A DNA stretch of 64,000 nucleotides from an uncultured bacterium (lineage in GTDB: Bacteria; Actinomycetota; Thermoleophilia; Solirubrobacterales; Solirubrobacteraceae): the NCBI GenBank assembly GCA_963768005.1, contig CAVYGD010000002.1, positions 151,350 to 215,349 on the forward strand, in the 5' to 3' direction. Below are positions 57,393 to 64,000 of this stretch, one piece after another (positions within the stretch are counted from its first letter, which is position 1; each line of letters starts with the position of its first letter). The translations under genes were made by a program, and so were the position numbers. The notes under the pieces were generated by a model that did not search any database, was not told the origin of the DNA, and was given only the letters and a program-made list of their open reading frames with translations.

Positions 57393-57920
57393 ATGGCGAC
57401 AGCAAGCGCACAGCTCGAAGCGGGCGTCATCATCACGCATCCAAACCGTGAGAAGCCGGTCGTGCAAAGCACACGGGCGGTCGTCGTGCTGCTACTGCTC
57501 GCGAGCGCCGGCCTGATGGCGCTGATCACGGTCGCCGGTTGGGGCGTGCTCGAGGGGGCGGGGCCAGTCGAGATCGGCTACATCCTCGTGTACCTGCTGC
57601 TCGCCTTCCTCGCCGTGCGCTGGAACCGCGGTGCCCTCGCGATCGGTGCGGCCCTCGCGGTTTTCCTGTTGATCTTTGCGGCGATAGCCGCCTCGGGATG
57701 GTTCGAACGCGAAAAGCACGCCTACGCCGAACCATCGCTGAACTCGAACCTGCTCGGCTTGCTGACGCTGCTCCTGATCCCGCTGCAGCTCCTGTTCGTC
57801 TTCTTCGCGATGCGCGGCTTGGGCCAGGGGTGGAACGTCGAGCTCGAGCAACGCAGCGACGACCCACCAGCACAGCGGCTCGCGAACCCGGGCTACGCGC
57901 AGACGCTGCCGCGCCAGTAG
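57393..57920 (+). CDS. Four-TM hypothetical membrane protein
   Basis: Four hydrophobic segments; -10-like TATGGT just upstream. Confidence 0.75.
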   Translation: MATASAQLEAGVIITHPNREKPVVQSTRAVVVLLLLASAGLMALITVAGWGVLEGAGPVEIGYILVYLLLAFLAVRWNRGALAIGAALAVFLLIFAAIAASGWFEREKHAYAEPSLNSNLLGLLTLLLIPLQLLFVFFAMRGLGQGWNVELEQRSDDPPAQRLANPGYAQTLPRQ

Positions 57921-57990
57921 ATGTTGATCGACTACCACCGGCTCGGGCCTTGCCGTCCCGTCCGGGGTCCGAACATAGAATGGGTCGTCT

Positions 57991-58074
57991 GCGGCGGTGG
58001 CGAAATCGGCAAACGCAATGCGCTCAAAACGCATCGTCCGTAAGGACTTGTGGGTTCGAGTCCCACCCGCCGCA
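57991..58074 (+). tRNA. tRNA-Leu(CAA)
   Basis: ATGCG-CT-CAA-AA-CGCAT anticodon arm, variable arm, GGTTCGAGTCC; TAGAAT -10 box upstream. Confidence 0.96.
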
Positions 58075-58224
58075 CCTTCCGACTCGTGCGCGGCCGCCTT
58101 GTGCACGTGCGCAATCGCAGTGTGATGAGTTAACTGCTGCGAGATAACGGAGGACGTAGTTGCACGGAATCGAGCGTGGCGCCACCCGCTCGGCACGCAC
58201 GCCAGAGGTGTCGAGCGCGAGCGC

Positions 58225-59076
58225 TTAGGCGACCAAAGCTCGCAAAGAGTCCGTGAGCGACGGAGGCGCGACAAGAATTCCCGTGGGCAGGACGACGCCG
58301 ACGAGCTCGTGTGGATCGAGGTCGACGACCTCGAGCCCAGCGCACCTGCAGATCAGCGCCCCGGCGGCCACATCCCACAGTTTCGCCCCCCGCTCGAAGT
58401 ACGCGTCGAAGCGGCCGGCGGCCGTCCACGCCATGTCGAGCGCAGCGCTCCCGAAGCGGCGGATGTCGCGAACCTTCGGTGCGAGGTTGGCGAGCACTCG
58501 CCCCTGCTCTGCACGCACGGCGGCGTCGTAGTAAAGCCCCGTTGCGACCATCGCGTAAGCGAGCTCGGCACACCGCGAGGGGCTCACCGGCGCACCGTTC
58601 AGCGTCGCCTCGCCGTCGCTGCCCGCGGCCCACGTCTCGTCGCGGCACGGGTCGAAGATCGCACCCGTGAGCGTTACGCCGTCGGCGTCTTGGACGGCGA
58701 CGCTCACGCACCACTGGGGGATCCCGAAGAGGAAGTTCACCGTTCCGTCGAGCGGGTCGACGACCCAGCGCAGCGACGAGTCCGCGTCGGTATCGCCGTG
58801 TGGCGAGTGCTCGTCCTCGTCCTCCTCGCCGAGGAACCGGTCCCCTGGCCGCAGCTCCGCGAGCAGCTCGCGGATCGCTCGTTGTGAGGCGAAATCGGCC
58901 TCGCTCACGAGATCGGTCGGCGTGCTCTTGCTCCGCACGCCCTTCGCGACGCCCTCCTCGAAGCGCTCCATCAGCAGCGCGCCTGCCATCTGCGCGCTCT
59001 GTATGGCGATGGCCAGTAGCTCGGCCTGCTCGCCAACTCCCCCATTGCCAGGCCGCGCTACGCCCGCGCCGCTCAC
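58225..59076 (-). CDS. suhB: Inositol monophosphatase family protein
   Basis: FLGEE, WVVDPLDGTVNF, RRFGSAALD, WDVAAG. Confidence 0.92.
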   Translation of the reverse strand: MSGAGVARPGNGGVGEQAELLAIAIQSAQMAGALLMERFEEGVAKGVRSKSTPTDLVSEADFASQRAIRELLAELRPGDRFLGEEDEDEHSPHGDTDADSSLRWVVDPLDGTVNFLFGIPQWCVSVAVQDADGVTLTGAIFDPCRDETWAAGSDGEATLNGAPVSPSRCAELAYAMVATGLYYDAAVRAEQGRVLANLAPKVRDIRRFGSAALDMAWTAAGRFDAYFERGAKLWDVAAGALICRCAGLEVVDLDPHELVGVVLPTGILVAPPSLTDSLRALVA

Positions 59077-60510
59077 GCGAACCCGGGCGGGCGGCTCTGT
59101 GCCCACGGACGCGCAGCCTCGATCTGTGCGGCGAGCGCGACGAGCGTCGCCTCATCGTTCGGCCGGCCCACTAGTTGCACCGCCCGCGGCAGCCCGCCGG
59201 AGCCGAACCCCGCCGGGATCGACGCCGCCGGCTGGCCCGTCGCGTTCCAAGGCGCCGCGTAGGGAACGGTCGACGCCGCAACGAGCATGGTCCACAGCCA
59301 GCCGCGCCCCTCCGTGTTGCCGATCGAAGGCGGCGGTGCCGGCGTGACCGGCAACAGCAGCACGTCGTGCTCGGTAAACGGCGCGTTCAGCCGCGTCGCG
59401 TAGTCCGCCTCCCGCGAGCGCGCCCAGCGCACCCCGAGCGGCTCGAGCAGCCCGCCGATCCGCGTGATCGTGCGCATCCGTCGTTCCAAGCGCTCAGGGT
59501 GATCCAGGGTCGCGGCGAAGTCGTGGAGCTCCGCGAAGTAGCGCGCCGTGAATTCAGGTGCGGGTGCGAGCGGGCCGTGGTCGAGCTCGCACTCCTCGAC
59601 GCGATGGCCGAGCGTGCGCAGGAGCTCCGCGGTCTCCTGCACCGCGGCCGCGTTGTCCGGGTGCAGGCGCGTGAGCGGCGAGGGCGGAAGATTCGTGCTC
59701 ACGCCGATGCTCAGGATGCCCATCGAGCGCGGTGAGCGAAGCCTCTGCAGCAGCGAAGTCGGCGGGAGCTCCGGCGCTCCTGGGTCGGGCGGCCCCTCGG
59801 CGAGCAGGTCGTAGAGCAGAGCGGTGTCGAGCACCGAGCGTGTCACCGCGCCCTTGACTCCGAGGCCCTGACCCTCGAGCACATCCGGCGCGAGCGGCAG
59901 GCGTCCCCGCTGCCCCTTAAGCCCGAACAGCCCGCAGTAGGCCGCCGGATAGCGAATCGACCCACCGCCGTCGGCGGCGAGCGCCGCGCCTACGAGCCCC
60001 GCGGCCACGGCGGCAGCCGAGCCGCCGCTCGAGCCACCCGGCGTGTGCTCGAGATTCCACGGGTTTCGCGTGAGCCCCCACGTCTGCGACTCGGTCCAAG
60101 GGAACGCGCAAAGCTCGGGGACATTCGTCTTGCCGATCACGATCGCGCCCGCGCTGCGTAGCCGGCGCACGATCTCCGCGTCCGCGCGCGGCCGGCGTGT
60201 CGCTCCCGCGCGTCCCGATCGTCGTGAGCTCGCCCGCGACGTCGGTGTCTGTCCTTGACCGCGATTGGCACGCCGAGCAGCGGGCGCACGCCACCCTGCG
60301 CGGCCGTCCGCGCGCCTGCGCGCGTCGGCCTGGTCGGCTTCGAGCAGCGCCTTCTCCGCGAACACGATCGCGGAAGGCGTTCAGCTGCGAGTCCAGCCGC
60401 TCGATCCGCGCGAGACATGCCTCGGTGAGCTCGCGTGAGGAGAGCTCGCCCGCCGCGATCAGCTCGGCCTGGCGAGCGATGCCGGAGAACGCGAGCTCGC
60501 TGCTGTCCAT
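59073..60510 (-). CDS. Amidase signature family enzyme, frameshifted
   Basis: GVPIAVKD, GKTNVPE, GGSSGGSAAAVAAG, DGGGSIR.PA. Confidence 0.92.
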
Positions 60511-60629
60511 GGCGCGAAATCTAGTCGAGGGCGCGCGGCGGAGCTGCCGCCGCCGCCGCGACTACGATGTTTTCGTCACAAGCTCGCATCAGTCTCAGAC
60601 CGGCCACTACCAAAGAGGAGGCCTCGCTC

Positions 60630-61304
60630 GTGGCTTACCCGGTTACCTTCGAAGCCGACTACGTCGAGCGGCGCAGCCGGCTCACGACCTTCTTCCGTCT
60701 CATCCTCGTGATTCCGCTCGTCGATCGTCGCGTACGTGTACGCGATCATCGCGTGGTTCGCGATCATGATCGCGTGGTTCGCGATCGTGATCACCGGCAG
60801 CTATCCGCAAGGCCTCTACGACTTCGTCGCCGGATTCACGCGCTACTTCACGCGCGTAACCGCGTACGCGGCGCTGCTGTGCGACCCCTACCCGCCGTTC
60901 GGGATCGGCGACGACCGCTCCTACCCGGTGCGCATGGAGTTCACGCGGCTCGAGCACTACAGTCGCGCGAAGACGCTCTTCCGCATCATTCTCGCGATCC
61001 CGATCGTCGATCCTGCGCTACGTGATGCAGCTGCTGCTCGAGATCAGCGCCGTTCTTCGCCTGGTTCATCATCGTGATCGTCGGGAGGCTACCGAGCGGG
61101 ATGCACGACATGATGGTGCTCGCGAACTCCTACATCGCGCGCAGCGACGCCTATCTCTACCTCTTGACGGAGACCTATCCACCCTTCCAGGACGAGGAGA
61201 CGCGCGCCGCCGGTATGCAGGCGCCGCCGGTCCCCGAGCCGCCGCCGATGAGCGCGCCGGCGCCCGAGCCGCCGCCGGCCGGGCCGCCCCCTACACAGGC
61301 GTGA
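60630..61304 (+). CDS. DUF4389-like membrane protein with duplicated domain, frameshifted
   Basis: YPV.....SR....FR.IL.IP repeated twice; YPPF twice; GAGGAGG RBS. Confidence 0.8.
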
Positions 61305-62833
61305 TCGGGTTCCGTCGCCGCGGCCAGGAGGCGCCGCGAAAGCGTCGCTTGGACGCGGCGTAGGCGAAACGGCGCACCAGCTCGGAGCGCAGCTCCGAGC
61401 GGCTCGACGACGGCGTCGACGACGAGCTCGGAGGCGAGGTGCAGAACGTCGATGTCCTCGGCGTAAGCCGCCGCAGCTCGTCGCGCTTGCGCCGCGCGCT
61501 CGCCGTCGTCCTCGATCGCCTGCAGCTGGTTGTAGTAGACGGCGTTGATCGCGGCCTCCGGCCCCATCACGGCGATCTGCGCGCGCGGCAGCGCTAGCGT
61601 GCAGTCCGGATCGAAGGCCGGCCCGGCCATCGCGTAGAGGCCCGCGCCATAGGCCTTGCGGACGATTACCGAGATCTTCGGCACCGTCGCTTCCGAGACC
61701 GCGCTGATCATCTTCGCGCCGTGGCGGATGATGCCTTCGCGCTCGACCTGCGTGCCGATCATGAAGCCCGGCACGTCGGCGAGGAAGAGCAGCGGGATGT
61801 TGAACGCGTTGCACGTCCAGATGAAGCGCGCCGCCTTGTCTGCGGAGTCGGAGAAGAGCACGCCGCCCTTGTGCTTTGGCTGGTTCGCGACGACACCGAC
61901 GACCTCGCCGTCGAGCCGCGCGTAGCCGACGAGCAGCTCCTTCGCCCAGCGCTCGTGGACCTCCAGCCATGAGCCGTCGTCCACGAGCGCCGCGATCACG
62001 CCGAGCATGTCGAACGGCTTGTTCTCGTCGGCCGGGATCAGCTCTGCGAGCGGCGCGCGCGTCGGCCGCGCGAGCAGCGCCCTGCGGGGCGGCGGGCGGC
62101 GACTCGCGCCAGTTCGGCGGGAAGAAAGACGAGGTACTCGCGCGCGAAGTCGATTCCCTCCTCGTCGCTCTCGACGAGCTTGTGCGCGCAGCCCGAGACG
62201 CCCGTGTGCATGCGCGCCCCGCCCATCTCCTCGAGCGTCACGCGCTCGCCGATCACCATCTCCGCCATCCGCGGCGAGCCGAGGTACATCGAAGCGTTCC
62301 CCGCGCGCATGATCACGATGTCGCAGAACGCGGGTATGTACGCGCCCCCGGCCGCCGAGGGCCCGAAGAGCACGCACACCTGCGGCACGACGCCGGAGAG
62401 CTTGACCTGCGTGTGGAAGATCCGCCCCGCGCCGCGCCTGCCGGGGAACATCTGCACCTGCTCCGTGATGCGCGCGCCCGCCGAGTCGACGAGGTAGAGC
62501 ATCGGCACCCCGAGCGCGAGCGCGCGCTCCTGGATGCGCAGGATCTTCTCGACCGTCTTCGGTCCCCACGACCCCGCTTTCACGGTCGGGTCGTTCGCCA
62601 TCAGCGCGACCGCGCGGCCCTTCGATCCGCCCGAGTCCTGTGACGACGCCGTCGGCGCCGAGCCCTCCTCGTCCCAGTTCGCGAGCAGCGATTCCTCCGC
62701 GAACGAAGCGGCGTCGAGCAGCCTCGCCGACGCGCTCGCGCACCGGGAGCTTGCCCTGCTCGCGCGCCTTCTCGCGGTGGCGCGCCGGGCCGCCCGCGAG
62801 CGCACGCTCGTTGGCTTGCCGCACGTCGCTCAT
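61291..62833 (-). CDS. Acyl-CoA carboxylase carboxyltransferase subunit (methylcrotonyl-CoA carboxylase-like), frameshifted
   Basis: QGKLPVRER, VDSAGARI, SAAGGAY, DVPGFMIG, RKAYGAG.YAM, ends RRNPITPV*. Confidence 0.9.
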
Positions 62834-62940
62834 CGCCCGCGCAGCCTAGTCGCGCGCGCCTTCGGTCAGGCCCGCGAGCGCACCGCGGCGATAGCCTCAC
62901 GCCTCGAGAGCCCGTACATCCCCTTTCCAGGAGCGCAACC

Positions 62941-63723
62941 ATGAGCATCGTCCTCACCGAGGACCGCGGCGCGGTCCGCCACATCGTCATGAACCGACCC
63001 GAGAAGCGCAACGCGCTCAACCGGGAACTCATCGAAGGCCTCGCCGATGCGCTGCGCGCGGCCGCGAGCGACCCCGCGGTGCGCTGCGTGGTGCTGCGCG
63101 GCGCGGGGCCGATGTTCTCCTCGGGGATGGACTTCCACGACCTCGCACGCCGTGTCCGAGCATCCGCGAGCACCTGCGCACCGCGCGCGCGGGAATCCTC
63201 GCAGCGTGGAACCTCTGCGAGGAGATGACGAAGCCCACGATCGCGCAGATCCACGGAGCGTGCATCGGCGGCGCAATGGAGCTCGTGCTTGCATGCGACA
63301 TGCGCACGATGGCCTCCGAGGCGATGATCGGCCTGCTCGAGACGCGCGTCGGGCTGATCCCCGACGTCGGCGGCTGCTCGCGGCTGCCAAGCGTCGTGGG
63401 CGTCGGGCGCGCGAAGGAGCTCATCATGGCCTCGAAGCTCATCGATGGCGCCGAGGCCGAGCGCATCGGCCTCGTCAACCGCGTCGCCCCTGCCGATGGA
63501 GCTCGATGGGCGACCGAGGCGCTCGTCGACGAGCTGCTCGCGTGTGCCCCGTTCGCGGTCGGGCTCGCAAAGCGCGTGATCGACGCCGCCGCGCAAGCCC
63601 GCGCTCGCGGGCACGCTCGAGCACGAGGTAACGATCCAGGAAGCGTGCGCTGCGAGCGAGGACTTCGCCGAGGGCACACGCGCGTTCGCCGAGAAGCGCT
63701 CGCCGCAGTTCAGCGGCCGCTAG
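62941..63723 (+). CDS. Enoyl-CoA hydratase/isomerase family protein, frameshifted
   Basis: NRPEKRNAL, FSSGMD, HGACIGGAMEL.LACD, AERIGLVNRV. Confidence 0.9.
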
Positions 63724-64000
63724 CGCCGCGCCACTGCACGGGCCCCGCGACGAGTGTGTGGCTGCCGAGCGGGCGGCCGAGAAGCTCCTGCGCGCGGCGC
63801 GAGCACGCGATCAGCGCGGGCAGATCGACGCCAGTCTCGATGCCCATCTCCTGGAGCATCGAGACGAGGTCCTCGGTCGCGATGTTGCCCGTTGCCCCCG
63901 CCGGCACGGGGCACCCGCCCAGCTCGCCGAAGCTCGACTCGAACGAGTCGAGCCCCACCTCAAGCGCCGCGAGCACGTTCGCGAGCCCCTGCCCACGCGT
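63710..64000 (-). CDS. Hydroxymethylglutaryl-CoA lyase, C-terminal part truncated by the window
   Basis: LGGCP...GATGNIATEDLV.ML..MGIETGVDL. Confidence 0.9.
   Translation of the reverse strand, partial: TRGQGLANVLAALEVGLDSFESSFGELGGCPVPAGATGNIATEDLVSMLQEMGIETGVDLPALIACSRRAQELLGRPLGSHTLVAGPVQWRGASGR

Overview
High-GC (~70%) actinobacterial DNA; gene content and style suggest Thermoleophilia/Solirubrobacterales (inference). Many ordinary genes carry 1-nt frameshifts, most likely long-read assembly errors, so they are called as single CDSs. Left to right: the edge of a probable island at tRNA-Leu(TAA); a divergent folP; an 11.4-kb minus-strand DNA-transfer-like module (ssb, VirD4/TraD-like ATPase, tandem Replic_Relax-like protein, 3D+CHAP wall hydrolase, and a coupling-ATPase::Replic_Relax fusion) with no integrase or VirB4; a rearranged kdp locus (kdpF-A-C-B, split kdpD, extra small peptides); redox, envelope and lipid genes with tRNA-Glu and a deviant tRNA-Leu; a three-gene TasA-like fibre operon ending in a ~2,400-aa Ig-repeat protein, preceded by a c-di-GMP-I riboswitch and a sigma28-like promoter; three type IV minor pilins; icmA; a PAS/HD-GYP protein, zwf, two more tRNA-Leu genes; and branched-chain acyl-CoA catabolic genes. 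The strongest candidates for undescribed biology are (1) the riboswitch-controlled donor-strand fibre plus giant adhesin and (2) the integrase-less transfer module, which shares sigma28/WhiG-like promoter motifs with host surface genes. All family assignments come from motif recognition, not database searches.
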